Source: Sedimentisphaerales bacterium | GTDB taxonomy: Bacteria; Planctomycetota; Phycisphaerae; Sedimentisphaerales; SM23-30 | Assembly (NCBI GenBank): GCA_963663965.2 | Contig: CAXXFK010000032.1 | Coordinates: forward strand, 32,001 to 96,000 | Length of the DNA stretch: 64,000 bases | Direction of reading: 5' to 3' | In this document: positions 51,272 through 59,485 of the stretch, one piece after another | Layout of the letters: the number at the start of each line of letters is the position of its first letter | How positions within the stretch are numbered: position 1 is the stretch's first letter | Position numbers and translations under genes: made by a program | The notes under the pieces: model-generated | Database searches by the model: none | Told to the model about the DNA's origin: nothing | What the model saw: only the letters and a program-made list of their open reading frames with translations

Positions 51272-54200
51272 TCATAAAAAATGCATCAGAAGAACGCGAA
51301 ATCCGATAATCTCAGTACGAATAAAACGAGTATCACTTATACGTGCGGCTGAACGGCAATCAAATGGTGCACTAGTCCAGGATCCCCCACGCAGAATTCC
51401 CTTTGTTCCTCTGGATAATTTGGAACCGCTGCCAGAAGAATTATCGTACCAATTCCAACTCCATTCATATACATTTCCATGCATATCATATAAGTTCCAA
51501 CGATTGGGTTGAAAAGAGCCTTGCTTGCTGGTATAAATAAAGCCGTCCCGGCTTGAACTGGTTGGCGATTTGGGAAATTTATTTTTAAAACTAATATCCG
51601 CCATATTACCATAATACCCATGGTTATCCGGGTTATCACCCCAGAAATACAATGTATCCGTCCCCGACCGACAGGCATATTCCCATTGCGCTTCCGTTGG
51701 CAGGGTATAGAGACGGCCTTCTTTATTGCTTAACCATTCACAAAATGCTATGGCATCCTCCCAGGCAATGCAAACCACTGGGTGATCTGTACCCTGTTGA
51801 TAACCTGGCTGTTTCCAGTTAATGTTACCCCCCTTTTTTTCTTGAATAGTCACGTAGTGACTTGCAATAACAAATTGTTGAAATTGCTCAATATTCACTT
51901 CATATTGGCCAAGCCAGTATCCTGCATCAATCCTTTCAGTATGCTGCGGACGATCGTCGGTTATAATATAATCTTCTTCAACATTAAATTTTCTAGCTAT
52001 TTCACTATGCGATAATCTGCTGCCTAATTTAAATTCACCCGATGGTATCCATACAAGTTTCATTCCAATACTATTAGTCATTATATCGCCTGGTTCTGGT
52101 TCAAGATAACGTTCCAGCTTTGCTTTGAGTTGATTGGCTTCAGGATAAGCAGCATTGATCTCTAAAAGTTTATTGAGCATTTCTAAGCCTTTAGAGGCCG
52201 ATGTAATATCATCACAAGCCTGTGCCAAACGAAATAATTCCGATGCGTATACTTCGCGTGCGTGAGCAATCCGGTCAACTTCGTCCAGACTGCCTAGAAT
52301 CTCCTTCATCAGGGATAAAACACTCTTATAATCCGCCTTTTCGAAAGCCGCCGCCGCCTCTGCCATCAACCGCTCCAGCGCTTTCCAGTTTTCCCCGCCA
52401 TACCGCTGCATCAGGTCGGTATCATAACCGCTCATCCGGCGCTTCATCTGCTCAGCCGCCGCCTCTGCCAGTTCTTTCAACTGCACCTGCTCACGACCGG
52501 CTGCCTGTGCGCTCAACTGACCGGCCGCTTCGCTGATGTCATTAAACTGCTGACAAACTGAAGGCAGGTCCGCATCCGCCCGAACAATCTCTTTATAGTC
52601 CTGACGGAGTCTATCTAACTCCTCCGAACAAAACTCCTGGACCTTCGCATCATTTTGAGCCGCCGCCAGAACCGCCTGAGCATTCTCCTGCGCCTCGGTC
52701 AGCCGCTGCCGCCAGGCCGCCTGGCTCTCCTGCACGGCCAGTTCATATAAATCCGTAACGTCATTCATCACCCCCGCCGCTTCCAGTCGCCGGTCGGCGG
52801 ATAAGGCCCCCAGTGAGGCTTCTTTCTCGGCCGCGGTTTGACTGCGGTGCTGCGAATCGGCGATCTCAGCCGTTTGCCAGTGTTGCGCCCGGACTTTGGC
52901 CTGAGTCATTTTCTCACGGGCCGCATCATAGATGACCAATTCTTCCAATACCCGCCCGGTCTCCGCCTGTGCCCCGGAATAACCCTGGGCCGCCTGCTGA
53001 TAACTCCAGACTGCCCGGGCGTAATCACCTGACCGGTCATATTCCAATCCCCCATTATAACAGCTGTCAGCCTGGGCCATGGTCGCTTTGGCATGCAGCC
53101 GGGCCTCCTGGGCCTCTGCAACTTTTCGTGCATCCTGGGCACCCAGCTTGGACTGACCGGCATCCAACGCGCCAAAAGGATTTTCTATCTCTTTACCCAA
53201 CTCATACGCAGACAAATACGCCGGCCAATCCAGACAATCAGCCTGTTGCAGATAAACCTGCTTAAGAAAATCCACCTCCTCTAAATCCGCCAGATTCGGA
53301 TATGCTTCCCGCAGCTGTTCCATGGGTTGTTTCACGGATACGACTGGAGTGACGGGATCCGTATTGTGCGTGATCTCATTCTGCCCTCGATCAGGCATTG
53401 ATCTCGTATCCTCCCGATTCTGCCACCAGTAAATCCCTCCCACCAGCAGCAGAACCGCTACCAGCCCACCCGCCAGCATCTTGACAAGCCCACCACGTCC
53501 CGGCTTGGCCCCTGGCCTTTCCTCTCGTTTCAAAACTTGCGTTTTTTGCCCATCCAGGGTCTCATACCCACCCCCGCCGGCGGTCAGTTCTTCCACCAGT
53601 TCTCCCGCCGTACCCTGCCGCAACTCCGGCAATTTGGCCAGCGCCATGAGTATGGCATTATTGGCGGCCTTCGAGACGGCATCGATCGGATCGGCCTTTC
53701 GGCTCTTGATCTGCTCGCGGATATCCCCGGTATAAAAGGGAGGATGACCGGCCAGGCATTCGTACAACACGCACCCCAGCGAATAGATATCCATCCGCGC
53801 GTCCGGCTTATCCCCCATCAGCTGCTGCGGACTCATATACGGCAGCGTCCCCGAGGTCTCATTGCCCGTCAACCGGGTATAACTGTCCTTCATCTCCCGC
53901 GCGATCCCGAAATCCAGCACCTTCACCCGCCCATTCGGCCCCACCATGATATTGGTCGGCTTGATATCCCGGTGAAAGATCCCCTGACCATGCGCGTAAT
54001 CCAGCGCCGCCGCCACCTGCCTGGCCATCGGCAGCGCCTCCTCCAGCGTCATCACCTGCCCCTGTTCCAGCCGGTCGGCGATCAGATGATCCAGCGTCCG
54101 CCCCGCCACGTATTCCATCGTAATGAATTTCTCATGCCCCTCGCCATGCAGATCGTATATCCGCACAATATTATCATGGGCCAGCTTATGCGCCAGCGCC

Positions 54201-54397
54201 ACCTCCCGCCGCAGGTTATGCAGCGTTGTGCGATTCCCCGCCAGCGACGGCGGAATCATCTTAACCGCCACCCGCTCCCCAATCTCTACATCCTCCGCCA
54301 GATACACCAGCCCCATGCCGCCCTGACCCAGCTTTTCAATAACCCGGTAGCGACCGGCTAACAACTCACTCGGATAATCATCACTGGGCCTGGACAT
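51272..54397 (-). CDS. Transmembrane Ser/Thr protein kinase with helical stalk and C-terminal FGE-sulfatase (SUMF1/CLec-fold) domain (Pkn1-like architecture)
   Basis: GQGGMGLVY, AVK, HRDIKPTN, DFG, GTLPYMSP; TM LAGGLVAVLLLVGGIYWW; NSIGMKLVWIP.G.F.LGS, LPTEAQWEYACR, LYDMHGNVYEW, RGGSW...GFRV. Confidence 0.92.
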   Translation of the reverse strand: MSRPSDDYPSELLAGRYRVIEKLGQGGMGLVYLAEDVEIGERVAVKMIPPSLAGNRTTLHNLRREVALAHKLAHDNIVRIYDLHGEGHEKFITMEYVAGRTLDHLIADRLEQGQVMTLEEALPMARQVAAALDYAHGQGIFHRDIKPTNIMVGPNGRVKVLDFGIAREMKDSYTRLTGNETSGTLPYMSPQQLMGDKPDARMDIYSLGCVLYECLAGHPPFYTGDIREQIKSRKADPIDAVSKAANNAILMALAKLPELRQGTAGELVEELTAGGGGYETLDGQKTQVLKREERPGAKPGRGGLVKMLAGGLVAVLLLVGGIYWWQNREDTRSMPDRGQNEITHNTDPVTPVVSVKQPMEQLREAYPNLADLEEVDFLKQVYLQQADCLDWPAYLSAYELGKEIENPFGALDAGQSKLGAQDARKVAEAQEARLHAKATMAQADSCYNGGLEYDRSGDYARAVWSYQQAAQGYSGAQAETGRVLEELVIYDAAREKMTQAKVRAQHWQTAEIADSQHRSQTAAEKEASLGALSADRRLEAAGVMNDVTDLYELAVQESQAAWRQRLTEAQENAQAVLAAAQNDAKVQEFCSEELDRLRQDYKEIVRADADLPSVCQQFNDISEAAGQLSAQAAGREQVQLKELAEAAAEQMKRRMSGYDTDLMQRYGGENWKALERLMAEAAAAFEKADYKSVLSLMKEILGSLDEVDRIAHAREVYASELFRLAQACDDITSASKGLEMLNKLLEINAAYPEANQLKAKLERYLEPEPGDIMTNSIGMKLVWIPSGEFKLGSRLSHSEIARKFNVEEDYIITDDRPQHTERIDAGYWLGQYEVNIEQFQQFVIASHYVTIQEKKGGNINWKQPGYQQGTDHPVVCIAWEDAIAFCEWLSNKEGRLYTLPTEAQWEYACRSGTDTLYFWGDNPDNHGYYGNMADISFKNKFPKSPTSSSRDGFIYTSKQGSFQPNRWNLYDMHGNVYEWSWNWYDNSSGSGSKLSRGTKGILRGGSWTSAPFDCRSAARISDTRFIRTEIIGFRVLLMHFL

Positions 54398-54444
54398 ACA
54401 ACCTCTTCTATTGACTGGCGTAATCTATACTATAATCTTTCAAC

Positions 54445-54741
54445 TCTTTGTTTTCTTAGCAAGCTTTTTGTTCTGACATTTTATAAGTATATTAATTTGA
54501 ATTCCTTATAGACTGCTTACAATTGAAAGTGCCCGCTGGGCCGTGATATAAGTTCTACATGAGTAAAAATTATCTTGCGAGCGATCGAGAATTATCATAC
54601 CCATTGGGTATACATCAAAATCGTTACCTTGAACTTTTTATCCTGTTGATCCTGTAATCCTGTCAAAATGGCTGTTAATCTTCGTGGCTTCGTGACTTTG
54701 TGTGAACTATTTCTTCTTTGGTTGCGGCTTGACTGCCCTGT
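54445..54741. repeat. Two-block dispersed repeat, copy B
   Basis: Matches 24073-24267, with about 100 bp more sequence between the two blocks. Confidence 0.9.
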
Positions 54742-54745
54742 ATCA

Positions 54746-56590
54746 TCAATACTGCTTCGTCTGGCATTCCGGACAGAACCGGCTATCCGCCGGAATCGAT
54801 TTCTTACACTTGACACAGGTCTTTTCCGCACTGGGTTGCTGCGGATTGATCACTACCGGCGCGCCGATCCCGCCGGCCCCGGCCACCACGGTCTGCCCTG
54901 CCGGCATCGGCGCCTGCGCCCGGGTGGCCGCTGTCCAGCCCATCTGACCCATCGCCGTATTCATCATCCGCTCCAGCCGGTCGGCATGTTCGCGGCTGGT
55001 CTGCTGCTGCTGAGCCATGAACTGCTGCATCTGCTGGGTCTGCTGACTGTTGATCAATGCCTCCGCCTTGTATTTTTCCACCAGCACCTGCGCCACATGC
55101 GGGCTGTCTGCCGCCGTCAACGCGATTAACTGGTCCGGACTTAGTTTTTCTTTGATCCGCAGTTCTTCCAGCCGGGCAATCCGGTCGGCCGCCGGACCAT
55201 CCAATATCGCCATCAGCGCCTGGGCCGACGCCTCCGAGAACTGCTTCAGCTTCAATCCCTCATTTTCCACCCGCGCCTTTTCCTCCGCGATGGTCATCTG
55301 CTCATCTTTATGATCCAGATCGATCAACCGCTCCACCACACCCAGGTGATCATGCCTCTCCTTCATATCCTGCTGATGATCATCCACCCGGATGGTTCGG
55401 TCTGCGTTGGCATCTTCAACCTTCTGGGTACGGTCAAATTCCTTCTGTTTCCCTTTTAACCCCAACTGCGAATCCAGTTCTTTATGGGCCTCCTCCCGGC
55501 GCGCGTCATTGGCAATCCCTTCGATCTCGATCCGGTTCAGTAGAATTGCCATCTCCCGGTTTTGCTCAAATTGCCGTTTGAGCCGGTCCATCTCATCATC
55601 CCGGATCAGGTCTTTCAGCCCCAGTTCATGTTCCGTCTGACGCAGAAAATCTTCCAGATCGCTGGCTGTCTTGATCTGGCTCATCTTCTCGGCGCTTTCC
55701 TCTTTCCGCAACCGCTGGGTCAGCTTCAACCGGTCAATATCGATATCCGCGTTGCGGGTCTCCACGTAAAGTTCCGACTCCCGTTCACGGATCGGATCAT
55801 AGGTCGGACAGAAAAAGTCCACAAATCGTAACTGGACCATTTCCAGTCCGATCCGCTCCAGGATCGGTTCAACCGCCAGTTGCATCTGCCGTTCCACCTC
55901 CGGCCGCAAGGCCGTATTGCCATACAGATCTTCCACCGAATGCCCGCCGACGTAAGTCTGCAACGCGCCGCGGATCTCATCCGCCAGCGATCCGGCCAGG
56001 TACCCCACCGATAAAATATTCCGCCCTTTAAATGCGTTGGTATAAAACCGCTCCGGTTCGCGCAAACACACCACCGCCTTGAATGAAGCGTCCACATCCA
56101 CCTGCTCTCGGCTGTGCAGTTTCAACGCGTCCAGATGCAGCGTCACATCCCCCGCGTCAATCAACACCACCGAAGTGGGCGTTGTCTGGTTAAAATGGTT
56201 CACCCGTTTCAAAAATCCATTCACATCGTATCGTCCCGGATCGACCGTCCCGCAAAAGCGCCCCTGCTGAAAAATCAGCGCGCTGGTGCCATGCTCGACA
56301 ATCAGCCCCTTGTTCAGAAAGCCCTTGACATCGCATTCCTGAATCCGGATGGCATAATCCTCTTCTTCACGCACCCACCGGTTATTGAACAACCGTTCTT
56401 TCCCCAACTCGCTCTGGTCAGCCCCGCATTTCCAGCAGAACTTCGCGGTCGACCCGATGGTCGACCCGCACCGCCCGCAATTGGTATCAGCATGTGTGGC
56501 CGGAGTTCCGCAATGGCGGCAAAAACTAGCCGTCCGTAAAATCGGCCGTCGGCATTCCGGATTCGTACATCGATTGGAAAAAAGTCCCAT
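54746..56590 (-). CDS. SPFH/Band-7 domain protein with N-terminal double zinc ribbon, coiled coil and C-terminal zinc ribbon
   Basis: MGLFS; C..C/FC..CG x2; LIVEHG..ALIFQQGR..G.V.PGRY; L..IGLEMV.L; long E/K/Q/R helical region; CVKC...FCPEC. Confidence 0.82.
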   Translation of the reverse strand: MGLFSNRCTNPECRRPILRTASFCRHCGTPATHADTNCGRCGSTIGSTAKFCWKCGADQSELGKERLFNNRWVREEEDYAIRIQECDVKGFLNKGLIVEHGTSALIFQQGRFCGTVDPGRYDVNGFLKRVNHFNQTTPTSVVLIDAGDVTLHLDALKLHSREQVDVDASFKAVVCLREPERFYTNAFKGRNILSVGYLAGSLADEIRGALQTYVGGHSVEDLYGNTALRPEVERQMQLAVEPILERIGLEMVQLRFVDFFCPTYDPIRERESELYVETRNADIDIDRLKLTQRLRKEESAEKMSQIKTASDLEDFLRQTEHELGLKDLIRDDEMDRLKRQFEQNREMAILLNRIEIEGIANDARREEAHKELDSQLGLKGKQKEFDRTQKVEDANADRTIRVDDHQQDMKERHDHLGVVERLIDLDHKDEQMTIAEEKARVENEGLKLKQFSEASAQALMAILDGPAADRIARLEELRIKEKLSPDQLIALTAADSPHVAQVLVEKYKAEALINSQQTQQMQQFMAQQQQTSREHADRLERMMNTAMGQMGWTAATRAQAPMPAGQTVVAGAGGIGAPVVINPQQPSAEKTCVKCKKSIPADSRFCPECQTKQY

Positions 56591-56661
56591 GATTAACTCC
56601 TGAGTTCAGTTTTATTTTTCGAATGGTTCATAGCGGCACAATCACGTCGCCACAGCCAACA

Positions 56662-57810
56662 TTAACGCGGCGTCATAACCGATTTCATCATGCCCTTCAA
56701 TATCAACAACACAACGATACCGCCGATGACACCGCCAATAATCCAGACCCGTTTATCGTTCTGGGCGTTATCAACAATATCAAATGTGTCCAGCGGCCCC
56801 GATACCGTCAACAGATCAGGCGCCGGACTCCACAGGATCTCGCCGCTGTTCGCGTCCATCAGATAGAATGACAGCCGGACAAAAACCTGGTATTTATTCT
56901 TATCCACTCGTGCTTCATGAACCGTCCCATACAAAATCGCGTCACAACCCTTGTCTTTAGCAAAGGCGCACATCTTGGTACTGTCCATTGTATCCGCATT
57001 CAACTGAGTCCATTTAATCTCATTCAAGAACGTTTGCCACTCGCCACTGGAAGTTGGAATCGGCTTATAAGCGCTGCCGGCCAGTTGCCCTTGAACCGTA
57101 TCAGTGATCGCCCGGCCGGGATCGTTACCCCAGAATGGCAGCACGGCGAAATTTTTGATACTTAACGACTTGCTTTCCAGATCAGCCAACGCCTGTTGCG
57201 CGGCTTTCTGAATCGCTTTCACTAACGCCGGATTCAACACCACCGGTTGATCCGGGGTAATATCACCCGTCAAAGGTTTCGTTTTGACTATCTCCTGACT
57301 GCTCCACATCACCTCACCGGTCTCGACATCACCCAGGAACAGAATCAAACGGGTAATCGCCATTTGCTTATTGCTATCGGCCCCGCTTTCACGAACGGTA
57401 CCATAAATCACACCCTGGCACCCTTCAATCCGGCCAAACGATTTGATGGTATCAGGATTCATAATATCGGCCCGCTTGTCGCGCCATTCGATTTCACTCA
57501 GCAGACTGTTCCAGTCCTCTGTATTACGCTCCATCACTCGAAAAGGCCCACCGGCCAGCGCCGCCTTCACTGATTGGGCAATATAATCCTTATTGCCTTC
57601 TCCCCATAACGGCAGTATGGCGATATTCATCGTCCCGTCAACCGTTAACCCCTTCAACTGGCTGGCTGCTTCATTCGCCGCCTCTTTGATAGTCAAATCC
57701 AGCGCCCGGTCCAGATCGGCCTGATCATAATTCTGGGCGCCAACCGGCAGACAATAGAACGCAGCTAACATTAAAACAACCGCTCGAAATATGGCAGATG
57801 ACTTTGTCAT
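56662..57810 (-). CDS. Exported protein with two tandem CsgG/LpoB/TolB_N-like domains and a C-terminal TM anchor
   Basis: Internal duplication IAILPLWG...GVIYGTV...DVETGEVMWS vs FAVLPFWG...AILYGTV...DANSGEILWS; signal peptide; C-terminal VWIIGGVIGGIVVLLILK. Confidence 0.72.
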   Translation of the reverse strand: MTKSSAIFRAVVLMLAAFYCLPVGAQNYDQADLDRALDLTIKEAANEAASQLKGLTVDGTMNIAILPLWGEGNKDYIAQSVKAALAGGPFRVMERNTEDWNSLLSEIEWRDKRADIMNPDTIKSFGRIEGCQGVIYGTVRESGADSNKQMAITRLILFLGDVETGEVMWSSQEIVKTKPLTGDITPDQPVVLNPALVKAIQKAAQQALADLESKSLSIKNFAVLPFWGNDPGRAITDTVQGQLAGSAYKPIPTSSGEWQTFLNEIKWTQLNADTMDSTKMCAFAKDKGCDAILYGTVHEARVDKNKYQVFVRLSFYLMDANSGEILWSPAPDLLTVSGPLDTFDIVDNAQNDKRVWIIGGVIGGIVVLLILKGMMKSVMTPR

Positions 57811-57823
57811 GATTAACTCCTTC

Positions 57824-58777
57824 TTATTGAGGTATCGCCGTCTTATCGGTTTCCAGACCGGTCTTGTCCAAACGGGTCACTTTTAAATGAATGGTATCCA
57901 ATTGTTCCAGGTAAGCCGCAAGGTTATCTTTGATACCGGCGTCCATTCTTACCCAGAACAACGCCCGGCCGGTTTGCGAATCCCAACTGATCCTCGAAAC
58001 CGATTTGACTCCCGGCAACTTCTGTAATTCCGTCTCGATATAATCAACATACTTAACTCGTTTCAGGCCATCCACCTGAATCCTGCGCACCAATACCCCA
58101 CTTCCACTTTTTCGTAGAATCTCATAACTGAGTTCACCCGCCAATTCCTCCCCACACTTCTGGACCGTATTTTTCACAGCCTGGGACTGGTTGGTCGTAC
58201 GCTTACCGTATACATAAACATCTTTGGAAGCCAATACCTCGTTTCCGACAATCTGCAACACTTTGCCATCCGCTTCCGCTTCATAAAGATAATAATTGCC
58301 AAACTTATCCTTCTGGTCAACTCTCGTTAATCGGGCCAGAACCATTAAGTCAGCGTCATATTCATCCGCCAGACGTTCTACCGTTTCCGGCCGGGGGTTG
58401 TATCCCGGACATTTGTAAAAATCGAGAACCCGGTAATTCAAATTGACAAAATGACGCTTGATCTCATCCTTGAGATCATCCGCACCCGACTCGCCATCAC
58501 AACAGATCAACAGACGCAATAAGTCCAGCTTGGCCTGGTATACCAGATTACTTTCCTGATCACTAGATATAATATCGCCTGAATTATTATCTGGCCGCAA
58601 GATCGGATCGTCATTCTTTTTCGTTTCAACCGGTGTCGGTAAAATCGGAGGTTCCGTTTCCGGTTGGGTGACGACTCGAGGGTCCTGATAATCCGGTGTC
58701 CGTGGCTTACTACTGCCGCACCCACCGATAAATAATACCGTCAGTACAATACCCAAAGACAACACACACTTTTTCAT
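57824..58777 (-). CDS. Lipoprotein of unknown function (alpha/beta, possibly FlgT/CsgG-like)
   Basis: AAGGAG SD, lipobox IGGC, Pro-rich tether, LA..YDADLMVLA...A.GKVLQ..G.EVLA. Confidence 0.7.
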   Translation of the reverse strand: MKKCVLSLGIVLTVLFIGGCGSSKPRTPDYQDPRVVTQPETEPPILPTPVETKKNDDPILRPDNNSGDIISSDQESNLVYQAKLDLLRLLICCDGESGADDLKDEIKRHFVNLNYRVLDFYKCPGYNPRPETVERLADEYDADLMVLARLTRVDQKDKFGNYYLYEAEADGKVLQIVGNEVLASKDVYVYGKRTTNQSQAVKNTVQKCGEELAGELSYEILRKSGSGVLVRRIQVDGLKRVKYVDYIETELQKLPGVKSVSRISWDSQTGRALFWVRMDAGIKDNLAAYLEQLDTIHLKVTRLDKTGLETDKTAIPQ

Positions 58778-58802
58778 CACAGGCTCCTTCTATTTAATAT
58801 AA

Positions 58803-59192
58803 TTATTTGCGTTTACTACCCTTACCGCCAGCCTCTTCAGTCTTATCTTGATGACTCTGGCAACGTTTGATCTTATTTACCCCAAAACATTCAGCACACA
58901 ATGCCGCCTGACACACCTCGCACCGCCCCTTGATTCCCAGTTCACTGACGATTTTCTCGCCACACCCCCCACATCGAATATCCATCATAGCGATATGATC
59001 CTGTCCCCTTACCTCACGATAAACATGCTGCTTTTGCTGTTCAATATAGGCCGCCAGATCGTCCGACGATACTCGATAGACGCGTCCTATCCGCGCGGCA
59101 GGGATCTCTCCACTCCGTACCAGCTTGTAAGCTGATTTATATTCAAGATTTAAGTACTCGGCAACCTCTTCGATTGTCATCAATTTGTCCAT
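58803..59192 (-). CDS. Excisionase-like (HTH_17) DNA-binding protein fused to a Cys7-His zinc finger
   Basis: LMTIEEVAEYL......YKLVRSGEIPAARIGRVYRV...DL; CGGC-x12-CEVC-x4-CAEC-x8-C..H. Confidence 0.85.
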   Translation of the reverse strand: MDKLMTIEEVAEYLNLEYKSAYKLVRSGEIPAARIGRVYRVSSDDLAAYIEQQKQHVYREVRGQDHIAMMDIRCGGCGEKIVSELGIKGRCEVCQAALCAECFGVNKIKRCQSHQDKTEEAGGKGSKRK

Positions 59193-59289
59193 GTAGTCTT
59201 CCTTATATACCGGTTAACTCCGGACTCCCCTGGTCCGATATCCATAAGTGACCAGGCTATTACATTTCTCTTCATTTACTGACATTGGA

Positions 59290-59318
59290 ATTATAACCTA
59301 CAATCGGCTATTTGGCAA
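59290..59318 (-). promoter_or_regulatory. Sigma70 promoter for the HTH-lipoprotein-CsgG-like-SPFH operon
   Basis: TTGCCA-N17-TATAAT on the minus strand. Confidence 0.72.
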
Positions 59319-59485
59319 CCTTTTATTTCATTTATTTTGATTTTACTTACTTTTATTTCCCTAAAATTACACATAACCAAGCCTGTATCGTTTTCCTCAT
59401 CATCATTTCTACTGGATAAAATTAAATTAAATACATCTTATTTGGATTACATCTTCATAACCGGCATTGATTCTTTCCTGAGTTT

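Noticed and set aside
58803..59192. Prophage or ICE excisionase
   Set aside because: No integrase, att-like tRNA or phage genes nearby; the context fits an operon regulator.
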